Shown piece after piece: positions 39,910 through 50,432 of a stretch of DNA of 64,000 nucleotides. A program made the position numbers and the translations under genes. The stretch spans positions 160,001-224,000 of the forward strand of contig CAVSHF010000005.1 of assembly GCA_963727805.1 (NCBI GenBank), read 5' to 3'. Below the pieces are notes generated by a model, which was given only the letters and a program-made list of their open reading frames with translations, had not been told where the DNA came from and searched no databases. How positions within the stretch are numbered: the first letter of the stretch is position 1; every line of letters starts with the position of its first letter. This DNA comes from an uncultured Nitrospiraceae bacterium. Lineage in GTDB: Bacteria > Nitrospirota > Thermodesulfovibrionia > Thermodesulfovibrionales > Dissulfurispiraceae.

Positions 39910-40620
39910 TCAAACGATCCTGCTGTCGAAGACGAAGGTCTGCCCGGTTATATTTTTGGTAGTGACGAGATAGGCGATAAACTGCGCCACATCACGCGGA
40001 TCCGACAGGGAATGCAGTAGGCTCACTGCCTTTGCCTGCTCAAGAGAACCGAAAGCCGTGGTTCCCATCCTTGTGGACATATATCCGGGCAGAACAGCAT
40101 TCACCCTGACATTATTGGGGGCGAGTTCAAGTGCTGCCGTCTTCGTTAGTCCGAGGAGCGCCGCCTTTGACGCACTATACGCAGCCTGCCCTTTGTTGCC
40201 CTTGAGTCCCGAATAAGAAGAAATATTGATAACATGCCCGTCCTGCTTCATGAGCGGCACGCAGGCTTTCATAACGTTGAAAGCACCTTTCACATTCACA
40301 GCCATGACCCTGTCCCAGTCCTCTTCACTCTGTTTGACAAGAAGATCATCACTGGTGATCCCCGCATTATTGACAATGATATCCATTCTTCCCCACAAAT
40401 CGAAAATCCTGCGGCCCATAAACTCGACATCTCCAAAGTTACCGACATCAGCCTGTACTGCGATCGCATTGTCGCCCAATTCAGTGACGAACGCATCCGC
40501 CGCTTCGCGCGATCGGTGATAATTGATAGCGACCCGGCAGCCACTTTGAAAAAGGGCACTAACGATCTCCCTTCCCAACCCGACTGCTCCGCCTGTCACT
40601 AGGGCAACACGCCCGTTCAT
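39910..40620 (-). CDS. SDR oxidoreductase, FabG-like
   Basis: TGGAVGLG, NNAGI, YSASK. Confidence 0.85.
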   Translation of the reverse strand: MNGRVALVTGGAVGLGREIVSALFQSGCRVAINYHRSREAADAFVTELGDNAIAVQADVGNFGDVEFMGRRIFDLWGRMDIIVNNAGITSDDLLVKQSEEDWDRVMAVNVKGAFNVMKACVPLMKQDGHVINISSYSGLKGNKGQAAYSASKAALLGLTKTAALELAPNNVRVNAVLPGYMSTRMGTTAFGSLEQAKAVSLLHSLSDPRDVAQFIAYLVTTKNITGQTFVFDSRIV

Positions 40621-40680
40621 GGCCTTCGTAAATTTAGCATATGGTATAATGTATGATATTTTGACTCAAGCGGAGGCACT

Positions 40681-41259
40681 ATGACAAGGTTTGAAGAAGT
40701 GCAGATGAAGCTCGCCGAATCTTCGAAGAACTTTCTCGAAGTTTATAATATACAGGTTTTTATCGAGCAGTTTTCACTTACTAGGGAGAGCAGGTTTTCA
40801 TTGACCCTGCCTGGAATGGAAGACCCCTACCCTGTTTCCGCAACGGTCTCCTTCACCTATGACGTCTTTCAGACTGGTATGTCAATGTATGACGACATGA
40901 AACCCGAGGATGACAGCGTCATTGCCGAAAATACGCTCGAACTCGACATCCTCGTAAGACTTCCCATGATGGAAGGCTACCCCGATATAGAAGGCCTTCT
41001 GCGCGAGATAGAGGTCCAGTACCCTGAATCCGAGCCCGTTCTTGTGGTGAAGGAATTTTATGGTGCTGGTCAACCGACAAAGGAATATGAACTGTCTTAT
41101 GGTTATGATGTTGAATCGGAGGATGTCCCGGAAGGTGAGGTATTGGATGGGGTTTTCGAAGAACTACGCGGTATAATGGAACTGATCTACGAGAAGACCA
41201 AGTACAATATCGACCAGTCATGGTACCGGGGCGAGGATGATCCCACTAAAGAATATTAA
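40681..41259 (+). CDS. Acidic hypothetical protein
   Basis: GGAGG SD and upstream TGgTATAAT; overlaps next gene; no recognised motif. Confidence 0.7.
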   Translation: MTRFEEVQMKLAESSKNFLEVYNIQVFIEQFSLTRESRFSLTLPGMEDPYPVSATVSFTYDVFQTGMSMYDDMKPEDDSVIAENTLELDILVRLPMMEGYPDIEGLLREIEVQYPESEPVLVVKEFYGAGQPTKEYELSYGYDVESEDVPEGEVLDGVFEELRGIMELIYEKTKYNIDQSWYRGEDDPTKEY

Positions 41260-41893
41260 GTATGTCCTCCTCGATATGGATGGGACGCTCTTGGACAAAT
41301 ACTTCGACGATTACTTCTGGGAGCATCTGGTTCCCGAAAAATATGCAGAAAAGCATAATATAACCTTCGGCAGGGCCAAAGAGGAGCTTCTCTTAAAGTA
41401 CCGGGCACACGAAGGAACGCTTAACTGGACCGATATCGATTTCTGGTCGAGAGAACTCAGGCTTGACATCCCGGCATTAAAAGAACAGATCAAACATCTG
41501 ATCGACGTCCACCCTCATGTTGATGATTTTCTGCGTGCGCTTAGGAGACACAAGAAGAAGGTGTACATGGTCACCAATGCCCATTACAAGGTCCTCGACA
41601 TAAAACTGAAGAAGACAGAGATCGGGAAGTATTTCGACAAATGCATTACTTCTAATGAGATGGGACACCCTAAGGAGCGAATCGAGTTCTGGGAAAAGCT
41701 CGAAAAGGTGGTCCACTTCGAGAAGGACAAGACACTATTTATCGACGACCTAGCGGAGATACTCAAGACAGCTCAGAACTACGGAATCAAATACCTCCTT
41801 CACAAAACAAGGGCAAGCTCTCAGAAGATCGATACCCCGCACTGCGGCTTCACCGCCCTCAAAGACTTCGGAGAACTCCTCGATTCGTTTTAG
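41237..41893 (+). CDS. HAD-superfamily hydrolase (YrfG-like nucleotidase)
   Basis: LLDMDGTLLDKYFDDYFW, GTLNW, VTNAH, PK, TLFIDD. Confidence 0.85.
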   Translation: MIPLKNIKYVLLDMDGTLLDKYFDDYFWEHLVPEKYAEKHNITFGRAKEELLLKYRAHEGTLNWTDIDFWSRELRLDIPALKEQIKHLIDVHPHVDDFLRALRRHKKKVYMVTNAHYKVLDIKLKKTEIGKYFDKCITSNEMGHPKERIEFWEKLEKVVHFEKDKTLFIDDLAEILKTAQNYGIKYLLHKTRASSQKIDTPHCGFTALKDFGELLDSF

Positions 41894-42085
41894 AAAGCTC
41901 CCCTTATCAGTACCGCTCGACTCTGACCGTATATTTTAGCAGATTTTAACGTCTGTCCCAGCATGTCTAACTTTCTGCCGTCCTTCAGGGCCGCTTTCAT
42001 CTGAAAAATATGAGATTTATGAGTATAATAAAGATACAGACTTGTGAAAAGAGAGTATATAAAGGTTAAATAAACGGTATGTTGT

Positions 42086-42355
42086 ATGGGTTCGCTTAAT
42101 AATCATTTCAAGCATTTCCTCACTAGAGAGTCCAGATTGTGGCCGAGGCTCAAATGCAATTATACTACTGAATGCTTTAATAACTATGGAAACCGATGGG
42201 CTTGTAAAGTCGTTGATCTCAGCCACCGCGGGGTGGGGATCGTTTCGAGTGCAAAGATGCAGGAGGGTGATACAATAAATATTGCCGACCCGAGGACGAA
42301 GGCCATCGTTGTGTGGGTCGAAAAAAGCAGGGCAGGCCTCAAGGTCTGTAACTAA
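42086..42355 (+). CDS. Small PilZ domain protein
   Basis: RLWPR (RxxxR) and DLSHRG (DxSxxG). Confidence 0.7.
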   Translation: MGSLNNHFKHFLTRESRLWPRLKCNYTTECFNNYGNRWACKVVDLSHRGVGIVSSAKMQEGDTINIADPRTKAIVVWVEKSRAGLKVCN

Positions 42356-42375
42356 GGGTCATCACTGAATCCACT

Positions 42376-44406
42376 TTACTTCCAGGAGACCGTTCTATCT
42401 TTCCCCAGATTCTTTGCTTGATAAAGTGCCCTGTCAGCGTATCTGATAATATCCTCTTTCACAGCCCCACAGTCAGGATATGTCGCAATTCCGCTGCATA
42501 TTGTTATCTGCTTTTTTTGATATCGCTTCCACGTGGGCCGGAGATGGCGCTTGATATTCTCTCTGATCCTCTCAGAGACCAGAAATGCTTCTGCCTTAGT
42601 CGTTTGTGGCATAATGATTGCAAATTCTTCGCCGCCAAATCTGGCGAGAATGTCATGTGACCGCACCGTACTAGACATAACGCGGGCCATCTCTATGAGA
42701 ATACGATCTCCCGCCAGATGCCCTTCGGAATCATTGAAGAGTTTAAAATCGTCGATATCCAGGATTGTCAGAGAAAGGATAAGGTGGTATCTCTTCGCCC
42801 TTAAAAATTCCTCTTCAAGACGGATATCTAAGTATCGCCTGTTAAAGAGACCGGTGAGCGAATCAGTTATCGAAAGTTTCGTCACCTCTTCAAGGGTCTC
42901 ATGATAGGAACCCAATTTAAGAAGAGTTGATGCCTGAAATACAAAGGGAGTAAGCATTGAAATATCACTGTGTGTAAAGGGGGCTCCCGAGCATTTATCG
43001 CTCAAGTTCAAGACTCCTATCATCTCATCATCTACCTTTAAGGGCAGACTCAATGAAGACAGGGTCTTATAATGAGATCTTGGTAAGTTGCCATATTCAT
43101 TTATCTGAGCCTCGCCATTAATCAGGATAGGAGAGCCGCTTTCATAGACCCTCCCCGAGATTCCCTCACCTTTCCTTACTCTCACATTTTCCATGAACCG
43201 TCGGTTGACACCCTTCACCGCCCGAATCTCAAGCATCTCGTTATCATCAGAAATCATGAGAGAGCATCTCTCAGCATTGGCCAATTCTGATGCTTCGTTC
43301 ACTATCCCTTCGTAAAGACGAGGGCGATCTCGATACAGTGCATAAAGCGATGACGTCTTCGTCGAAATCTCATTAAATCCGGCATATTTATTCTCATATT
43401 CATCCCTCATCTGCCTTACTTCGCAAAGATAGGATGTGAGTTTGCAAAGATCACTTATAGAATCTCGGGCGACTCTGTCAAGCGAGGAATTTATTATGAC
43501 GAGAAGTCCGAATAAAGAAATCTTGGAAGAAAAAGGGAACAGATGTAGCGATGTTATCTCTTCAGGGAATCCGGTGTGCATGAGTTCGTGGCTGTCTGAA
43601 ATCGAAACAGGCATTTCTGTCACATGCGCCTTTACCAATAATCGATTATTCTCAGCAATTATTAAATCTTGAATGATTTGACTGTTTCTCCCTTCAATTA
43701 CTTGAGGAGAAAAGTGGCCGTTTGTTCGCAAAAATATTGAAGCTGTGTCTATGTCAAACAGAAAAATAACGGCATCAACGACAATCTGATAAATATTCTT
43801 TACTGAAAATTCTGAATTTATGTCCGACAGAATGCTGATAATAGTCTTTGCCTGCTGAGAGTATTTGTTCAGCTTTTCATTATCATTAACGGAAATCACC
43901 AACATCTGAAGAATAGACCGCATGTTCTCTAAATTTAAGGTCACCTTATCTAAAGGGAAGATGCGTATATCTTTAAGCCACTCATCTTCAGTTCTTTCCG
44001 TGATTCCAAGTACTCTCCCCTGCTCGCTATAATAGAATCTTTTGAAATCGGCCACGGAGATATAGTAAGCCTCTGCCACTACTATCATCGTCAATTCTTC
44101 ATAATGCAGCGGGATGAAGGTATGGTGCTGCCCTGTAATGCTTTGAACGGAAAAAGGTTCTTTCCTTACCAGAGCAAGTTTCAGCTGTCGGTCAATAAAG
44201 CTCTTATATAGTTGATACGCCTTACTGTGCGTCGTTATAACCGCCAAGAGCGGATCTTGTCTTGCTGAAGTCAGCAAGATATTCTGATTATTGTCATAGA
44301 GCGTGAAATGAAGCCCTGTCAGGCTCGATAAAGAGTCAAATCCTTTTGTAAATGCACGATCATTTATAAACTTATGCATTGTCTCAACAATTAAAGAGGC
44401 ACTCAC
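42376..44406 (-). CDS. Diguanylate cyclase with PocR-like N-terminus and GAF domains
   Basis: TDSLTGLFNRR, DIDDFK, RSHD I-site, RFGGEEF; GAF (GEGISGRV...LSLPL...IGVLNLSDK). Confidence 0.9.
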   Translation of the reverse strand: MSASLIVETMHKFINDRAFTKGFDSLSSLTGLHFTLYDNNQNILLTSARQDPLLAVITTHSKAYQLYKSFIDRQLKLALVRKEPFSVQSITGQHHTFIPLHYEELTMIVVAEAYYISVADFKRFYYSEQGRVLGITERTEDEWLKDIRIFPLDKVTLNLENMRSILQMLVISVNDNEKLNKYSQQAKTIISILSDINSEFSVKNIYQIVVDAVIFLFDIDTASIFLRTNGHFSPQVIEGRNSQIIQDLIIAENNRLLVKAHVTEMPVSISDSHELMHTGFPEEITSLHLFPFSSKISLFGLLVIINSSLDRVARDSISDLCKLTSYLCEVRQMRDEYENKYAGFNEISTKTSSLYALYRDRPRLYEGIVNEASELANAERCSLMISDDNEMLEIRAVKGVNRRFMENVRVRKGEGISGRVYESGSPILINGEAQINEYGNLPRSHYKTLSSLSLPLKVDDEMIGVLNLSDKCSGAPFTHSDISMLTPFVFQASTLLKLGSYHETLEEVTKLSITDSLTGLFNRRYLDIRLEEEFLRAKRYHLILSLTILDIDDFKLFNDSEGHLAGDRILIEMARVMSSTVRSHDILARFGGEEFAIIMPQTTKAEAFLVSERIRENIKRHLRPTWKRYQKKQITICSGIATYPDCGAVKEDIIRYADRALYQAKNLGKDRTVSWK

Positions 44407-44787
44407 GGGGCCCCTGGAAAGTTATTATAAACGCAATAGGCATAAAGTTGATTTTCAGCATGTTCATTCTGTTTTCTTTTAAAAGCTGTCGCATATGCAA
44501 ACCTCATGGTCACGAGCGAAGAATCACGCCATTCCTAATTATAGCTGATAACGATCCCATAATAATGCCCTAGAAAGCCTAAAAATTCAAAATATAGTCA
44601 TCCGGTGATGACGGTCACAAAAAGTTTCCGATAATTCTTAGAATTCTCCGCAGCGGTATCCACAGCGACCAATTTTCACGCACATTCATCCCTGAGAGAT
44701 ACTGTATGTAATTGCCGATTAACACTGACAATTACATAAGATGTGATTAATTACTAATAAAAGTTGTATCTGCCCGCAAAGTCGGGG

Positions 44788-44825
44788 TTTATCATTTCCC
44801 GGCTTTCCAGTATACTATTTGCATG
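44788..44825 (+). promoter_or_regulatory. Promoter with probable leaderless start of cysE-cysS
   Basis: TTTATC (44788-93)-N17-TATACT (44811-16)-N6-ATG (44823); no SD. Confidence 0.5.
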
Positions 44826-46958
44826 GGATTTTTGAGCACGGTCAAGCGGGATTTTCAGATTATTTTTAAACTCGATCCGGCCGCACACGGCGCCCTCGAA
44901 GTGCTGCTTACGTATCCGGGATTTCACGCGATTTTAATGTACCGCATCGCCCACGCATTATGGGATCTTAAGGTCCCAATAATCCCGCGACTTCTTCAGC
45001 AGACCGCGCGTTTTCTTACCGGTATCGAGATACATCCCGCCGCGAAGATCGGTCCTGGCTTTTTCATCGATCACGGCATGGGTGTGGTCATCGGTGAAAC
45101 GACTGAGATCGGAGAAGAGTGCTTGCTGTATCAGGGGGTGACCCTTGGCGGGACCGGGAAAGAGAAGGGAAAGCGCCATCCAACTCTGGGGAACCACGTC
45201 GTCGTCGGCGCCGGGGCGAAGATACTCGGTCCTATGCGGATTGGAAATTATGTTAAGATAGGCGCTAACTCCGTGGTCCTCATAGAAGCGCCGGACCACT
45301 CGATCATCGTCGGTGTGCCAGGCCGGATCATAAAGAAAAAGATAATTCGTCTGGAAGATGATGGACTCGTGGAACTTCTCGACCATGTGAGACTTTTCGA
45401 CCCGATCGACGAACAGATGAATGAGTTAAAAGATCAGATCGAACGGCTTACAGAGAGGATCGACAGGATCGAAGGCAGAGGAGGAAGGATGAAAATATTC
45501 AACACATTGACTGGAAACAAGGAAGACTTTGTCCCTCTTGTGCCGGGCAAAATAGGAATGTATGCGTGCGGTGTTACTGTCTACGATTACTGCCATATTG
45601 GACACGCACGAAGCGCTATCGTCTTTGATGTCATGTCTCGATATTTCAGATATAAAGGTTTCGACATCAAGTTCGCCAGAAACTTTACAGACATCGATGA
45701 CAAGATCATCAGGCGTGCGAACGAGGAGGGTGCTTCCTGGGACGCCGTCACGAAAAAATATATCGCGGAATATTACGCCGACATGGATGCTCTTGGCGTT
45801 GCGCGTGCCGACATTGAGCCAAAGGCAACTGATCACATCCAGGAGATGATCGCGGTGATAAGCGGACTGATCGGCAAGGGTTATGCCTACGAGATGCAGG
45901 AGGGCGATAACAGGAGCGTCTACTTCGCAGTGGAGAAATTCAGCGAATACGGGAAGCTCTCTAAAAAAGACCCGAAAGACCTCTTGTCCGGTGCGCGTGT
46001 AAGCGTGGACGAACGGAAGAAGAGTCCCCTCGATTTCGCTCTCTGGAAGGCATCTAAGGAAGGTGAACCCTGGTGGGAAAGCCCCTGGGGAAAGGGAAGG
46101 CCGGGCTGGCATATCGAATGCACGGCCATGGTCATAAAGCATCTTGGCGAGTCCATCGACATCCATGGCGGCGGGGCCGACCTCATATTCCCTCACCACG
46201 AAAACGAAATAGCCCAGTCCGAGGCATACACCGGCAAACCCTTTGCCCGCTATTGGGTACATAACGGCTTTATCACCATTGACAAGGAGAAGATGTCGAA
46301 GTCACTTGGTAACTTCTTCACCATCCGCGACATCCTCGATAAATACAGTCCCGAGGTTATCAGGCTCTTCCTATTATCGAGCCAATATCGGAGCCCCATC
46401 GAGTTCTCCCATGAACAACTGCGGGATGCCGAGTCTTCGCTTGACCGCTTCTACAGCACCGTGTCAAGAATGGACGATTTTCTTGCAAGAGCCACAGATG
46501 ACGTCGGCAAAAGCATTTCACAAGGTTGTAGTCTCGAAACCATGCTCGCCGAGTTCAAAGCCCGTTTCGAAGAGGCAATGGACGACGACTTCAATACAGC
46601 ACTTGCAATGGGACTGATTTTCGAGCTCGTGAGAGAGATTAACAGGTGCCTTGATTTGCGCCCTTCCGGCAGCGATGCTGCAAAATTGCTTATAAGGGCT
46701 AAAGACCTCTTAACACATACTGGCACCATTCTCAACCTCTTTCAAAGGACCCCCCATTCATGGAATATCGACCTTCTGAAGGTCAAGAAAATATCCCTTT
46801 CGGAAAGCGATATCGAAGAGAAAATCAGGGAAAGAAAAATAGCACGCGAAAATAAAGATTGGGTGAAGGCTGATGCGGTCCGCAAGCAGCTTGAGGACAG
46901 CGGTATTATCCTCGAGGATAAAAAAGATGAGACATCATGGAAGATCAAGATCGTCTAA
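44823..46958 (+). CDS. cysE-cysS: Fused serine O-acetyltransferase / cysteine--tRNA ligase
   Basis: aa 1-~220 CysE ([50 protein letters not shown]). From aa 223 CysS ([45 protein letters not shown]). No stop between them. Confidence 0.93.
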   Translation: MGFLSTVKRDFQIIFKLDPAAHGALEVLLTYPGFHAILMYRIAHALWDLKVPIIPRLLQQTARFLTGIEIHPAAKIGPGFFIDHGMGVVIGETTEIGEECLLYQGVTLGGTGKEKGKRHPTLGNHVVVGAGAKILGPMRIGNYVKIGANSVVLIEAPDHSIIVGVPGRIIKKKIIRLEDDGLVELLDHVRLFDPIDEQMNELKDQIERLTERIDRIEGRGGRMKIFNTLTGNKEDFVPLVPGKIGMYACGVTVYDYCHIGHARSAIVFDVMSRYFRYKGFDIKFARNFTDIDDKIIRRANEEGASWDAVTKKYIAEYYADMDALGVARADIEPKATDHIQEMIAVISGLIGKGYAYEMQEGDNRSVYFAVEKFSEYGKLSKKDPKDLLSGARVSVDERKKSPLDFALWKASKEGEPWWESPWGKGRPGWHIECTAMVIKHLGESIDIHGGGADLIFPHHENEIAQSEAYTGKPFARYWVHNGFITIDKEKMSKSLGNFFTIRDILDKYSPEVIRLFLLSSQYRSPIEFSHEQLRDAESSLDRFYSTVSRMDDFLARATDDVGKSISQGCSLETMLAEFKARFEEAMDDDFNTALAMGLIFELVREINRCLDLRPSGSDAAKLLIRAKDLLTHTGTILNLFQRTPHSWNIDLLKVKKISLSESDIEEKIRERKIARENKDWVKADAVRKQLEDSGIILEDKKDETSWKIKIV

Positions 46959-47724
46959 TAGAGACCAAACATCGGCCCGATCTCCTCAGAAGGAAGACCT
47001 CTACATTTACGGGCTCAATCCAGTTACCGAGGCGCTGAAAGCGGGGATCACTATCCGCAGCCTCTTTGTGCACGGGCAGACGGCGAAACATATGCTCTCT
47101 CTCATAGAACTAGCCGAGTCGAAGCGCATTCCGATAAAGTTTGTTGAAAAGGATTTCTTTCAAAGCAGGTTCGACAAAGGCCATCAGGGGATTGCTGCAG
47201 CCATCGCACCAAAGAAAGCCCTCGATATCGAGGAACTTATTGATCGCGCCTTCCGGAAAAGTGCGACACCTCTTTTTCTCGTACTGGATTGCATCGAAGA
47301 CCCGCGCAATTTTGGGGCAATCCTGCGTGTTGCCGATGCGGCAGGAGTCGACGGCGTCGTCTTCCAAACCCGGAGGTCTGCGGGCTTAACACCTGTCGTC
47401 TACAAGGCTTCCGCGGGAGCGATCGTGCATGTGAATCTCGCTGAAGTGGTCAATATCAAGCATGCACTTACGCAGATGAAGGAGAGAAATATTACCATAA
47501 TAGGTGCTGAAGCTGACTCACCGTCGAGTTTGTGGGACATCGAGATGAAAGTGCCGCTGGCGGTAATCGTCGGCTCCGAAGGCGAAGGCATACGGCGCAC
47601 CGTCAGGGACATGTGTGACACAGTTGTGAACCTTCCGATGCAAGGGACGGTGAACTCGCTGAATGTCTCTGTTGCAACCGGTATTATAACTTATGAAGTA
47701 ATGAGACAGCGGCTCCATCCATAA
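46927..47724 (+). CDS. rlmB: 23S rRNA Gm2251 2'-O-methyltransferase (TrmH family)
   Basis: [37 protein letters not shown]. Confidence 0.92.
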   Translation: MRHHGRSRSSNRDQTSARSPQKEDLYIYGLNPVTEALKAGITIRSLFVHGQTAKHMLSLIELAESKRIPIKFVEKDFFQSRFDKGHQGIAAAIAPKKALDIEELIDRAFRKSATPLFLVLDCIEDPRNFGAILRVADAAGVDGVVFQTRRSAGLTPVVYKASAGAIVHVNLAEVVNIKHALTQMKERNITIIGAEADSPSSLWDIEMKVPLAVIVGSEGEGIRRTVRDMCDTVVNLPMQGTVNSLNVSVATGIITYEVMRQRLHP

Positions 47725-47725
47725 T

Positions 47726-49210
47726 CTAGACTTTGTCCTTTATCCATGTAGGTTTCGGACCTTTTTTCATGCTCTCCACCTTCTCTTCAACGAACTTAGT
47801 CTGGAACATGATCCTCAGATCGTTCGGATTATATGAAGTACTCAGCGCGTCCTCCTTGGTGAGGGTTCCCTCCTTCACGAGCTGGAACAGGTGCTGGTTA
47901 AAGGTCTGCATTTTATAGAGTTTCGCCGACTCCTCGATCGTCTTGTCAATCAGGTCGAGCTTCTCTTCAATGATCAGCTTCCTGACGGTAGGCGTATTGA
48001 TCATTATCTCCATCACAGCCGTCCTTCCTGAACCATCAGATGCCTTGATCAGTTTCTGGGCGACTGTCGCGACAAGGGACATGGCGGTCCTGATCCTTAT
48101 ATGGTTCTGCTGGGAAGGTTCGAAGGCATCGATGATCCTGCTTATAGATTGTTTGGCATAGGTCGTGTGCAGCGTGCTCATGACGATGTGGCCGGTTTCC
48201 GACGCCGTGAGAGCTGTGTGTATCGTTTCCGGATCCCTCATCTCACCCACCAAGATGATGTCGGGGTCCTGCCTAAGCGCATGCTTAAGTGCTTCGGAAA
48301 AAGAACGGGTGTCGCTTCCAACTTCTCGCTGATTGATAACACATCTCCTGTCCTCGTGAAGAAACTCGATCGGGTCTTCGATAGTCACGATGTGTTTGTC
48401 CACCCTTTTATTGAGATAATCCACCATAGCGGCCAAGGTCGTCGACTTCCCGCTTCCGGTCGGCCCTGTCACGAGAATCAGCCCTTGTTCCCTGGCAACC
48501 AGCTCCTTCAGCACCTCGGGAAGTCCAAGTTCTTCGAGTGTCGCAATTTTGATCGGGATGACTCTGAAGACGCCACCGATTTTATCCATCTGGTAGAAAT
48601 AACTGCCCCTGAAACGGGCCAAATCTTCGATGAGATATGAGAAGTCAAGCTCGCGGTCTCTTTCGAGCTTCTCGCGCTGAACACCGTTAAGTATCGGCAG
48701 AAGCAAGTCTTCCATGTCCTTTCTGCCGACAACCGGAAACTCGGTGGGCAACAGATCTCCCCTGATCCTGAAAAGCGGCGGTCTTCCCACTTTCAAATGG
48801 AGGTCAGAGCCTCCCCTTTTGATCAGTTCCCTTAGATAAAAATTCAAATTGGGTTCCGACTTGGCTGTCGAGACTTTTCCGAGGGATGCCTTGCCCCCAG
48901 GCAAGTGTTCAGGAGCAAGCCTCATTACAGCTCCAAGCATTCCTTCCTGATAAAAAAGGCTACATCGAAGCTGGATAGTCCCCTGGAAATCATACGTGAA
49001 ATCGACAGCCTTGCGGTTTTTGAGAATCTGCTTCTGATTGTCGGTAAGCATTGGCCCGATGAGTATTTCCAGTGCCCTCTGAGTGAGCGGCGGAAAGTCC
49101 ATTTGTAGCGGATTGCCTTCGATCCGAATTATTGGGGGTCTACCCACCTTCAGATGCAGGTCGCTCCCTCCCTTTTCCATCAATACTTTCAGATAATCGT
49201 CAATGATCAT
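47726..49210 (-). CDS. PilT/PilU family ATPase with duplicated N-terminal domain
   Basis: GGSDLHLKVGRPP occurs twice; GPTGSGKST, TIEDPIE, QREVG, LRQDPDIILVGEMRD, TLHT. Confidence 0.9.
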   Translation of the reverse strand: MIIDDYLKVLMEKGGSDLHLKVGRPPIIRIEGNPLQMDFPPLTQRALEILIGPMLTDNQKQILKNRKAVDFTYDFQGTIQLRCSLFYQEGMLGAVMRLAPEHLPGGKASLGKVSTAKSEPNLNFYLRELIKRGGSDLHLKVGRPPLFRIRGDLLPTEFPVVGRKDMEDLLLPILNGVQREKLERDRELDFSYLIEDLARFRGSYFYQMDKIGGVFRVIPIKIATLEELGLPEVLKELVAREQGLILVTGPTGSGKSTTLAAMVDYLNKRVDKHIVTIEDPIEFLHEDRRCVINQREVGSDTRSFSEALKHALRQDPDIILVGEMRDPETIHTALTASETGHIVMSTLHTTYAKQSISRIIDAFEPSQQNHIRIRTAMSLVATVAQKLIKASDGSGRTAVMEIMINTPTVRKLIIEEKLDLIDKTIEESAKLYKMQTFNQHLFQLVKEGTLTKEDALSTSYNPNDLRIMFQTKFVEEKVESMKKGPKPTWIKDKV

Positions 49211-49225
49211 TTAATCGCCCCCTTT

Positions 49226-50302
49226 CTACTGGGCCTTGATGCCCATGGAGGCCAATTTGAGCCTCAGGGTATCCGGGTTGTTTGTCTTCGAGAAAGCGTC
49301 GTCTATTGTGATCAGCCTGTCTCGCACGAGTTCGGCCAGTGACGTTTCGAGCGTACTCATCCCCTGTTTTGCACCTGTTTCGATCGCTGAATATATCTGG
49401 TGTGTCTTGCCTTCCCTGATAAGATTCGAGATGGCATGAGTTACGATCATCAACTCCCGTGCGGCAACACGCCCCTTGCCGTCCGCCTTCGGTAGAAGCT
49501 GTTGGCACATGACTGCCTTGAGTGTGGAGGCAAGCTGCACCCTCATCTGCTGCTGTTGGTGAGGGGGGAAGACGTCAATAACCCTGTCGACTGTCTGTGG
49601 CGCATCCTGGGTATGGAGAGTTGCAAAAACGAGGTGCCCCGTTTCGGCGGAGGTTACAGCAAGTGCAATCGTTTCAAGATCTCTCATTTCGCCCACAAGG
49701 ATTACATCGGGATCCTGCCTGAGACAATGCTTCAGCGCATCGGAAAAAGAATGCGTATTCATCCCCACTTCACGCTGCCTGACGATACAGTTCTTATGCT
49801 CGAAAACAAACTCTATCGGATCCTCTATTGTAATGATATGTTCACGTCTTTCAGTATTGATGATGTCGATCATGCTTGCAAGGGTAGTTGATTTACCGGA
49901 GCCTGTCGGACCGGTCACCAGTATCAGCCCCCTCGGCAATTTAGTCAGCGCAACAGCTGCGTCCGAGAGTCGTATGTCCTTGGGCGATGGGATTTTGCTT
50001 GGTATAAGCCTCAATACCGCCTCGATCCCATTCTTCTGCGAGAGGACATTTACCCTAAACCTGCTCAACCCGGGCACGTTATAGGAAAAATCGAGTTCAA
50101 GTTTTTCTTCGAACCTGCCAATCTGATCCTGATAGAGCATGCTGTAAATCAGCCCCTTCGACATTTCTTCAGTTAAAACGGGAAACTGTTTTAGCGGGTG
50201 CATACTTCCGTTGATTCTGACCATCGGCGGTCTGCCTACCACAATATGGACATCGGAAGCCTTAGCCTGCGCCCCCGCCACCAGGATGTCAATCATCTCC
50301 AT
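49226..50302 (-). CDS. pilT: Type IV pilus retraction ATPase PilT
   Basis: ASDVH, RFRVN, GPTGSGKSTT, LRQDPDVILVGEMRD, AISNLIRE (AIRNLIRE-like). Confidence 0.93.
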   Translation of the reverse strand: MEMIDILVAGAQAKASDVHIVVGRPPMVRINGSMHPLKQFPVLTEEMSKGLIYSMLYQDQIGRFEEKLELDFSYNVPGLSRFRVNVLSQKNGIEAVLRLIPSKIPSPKDIRLSDAAVALTKLPRGLILVTGPTGSGKSTTLASMIDIINTERREHIITIEDPIEFVFEHKNCIVRQREVGMNTHSFSDALKHCLRQDPDVILVGEMRDLETIALAVTSAETGHLVFATLHTQDAPQTVDRVIDVFPPHQQQQMRVQLASTLKAVMCQQLLPKADGKGRVAARELMIVTHAISNLIREGKTHQIYSAIETGAKQGMSTLETSLAELVRDRLITIDDAFSKTNNPDTLRLKLASMGIKAQ

Positions 50303-50432
50303 AACAGCTACCCTCCTATGATAGGCCGGCCGGCCCAAAACTATCTAAAACACATCTTAAATTATACCATAATAGCCGCCTTACAAATATCAATTGCTTG
50401 CATAAATCACCACTTTTTTCTAGTATAAAAAG

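Noticed and set aside
44407..44822. T-box riboswitch upstream of cysE-cysS
   Set aside because: No T-box consensus or terminator/antiterminator seen; the -10 box sits 6 nt from the ATG, leaving no leader
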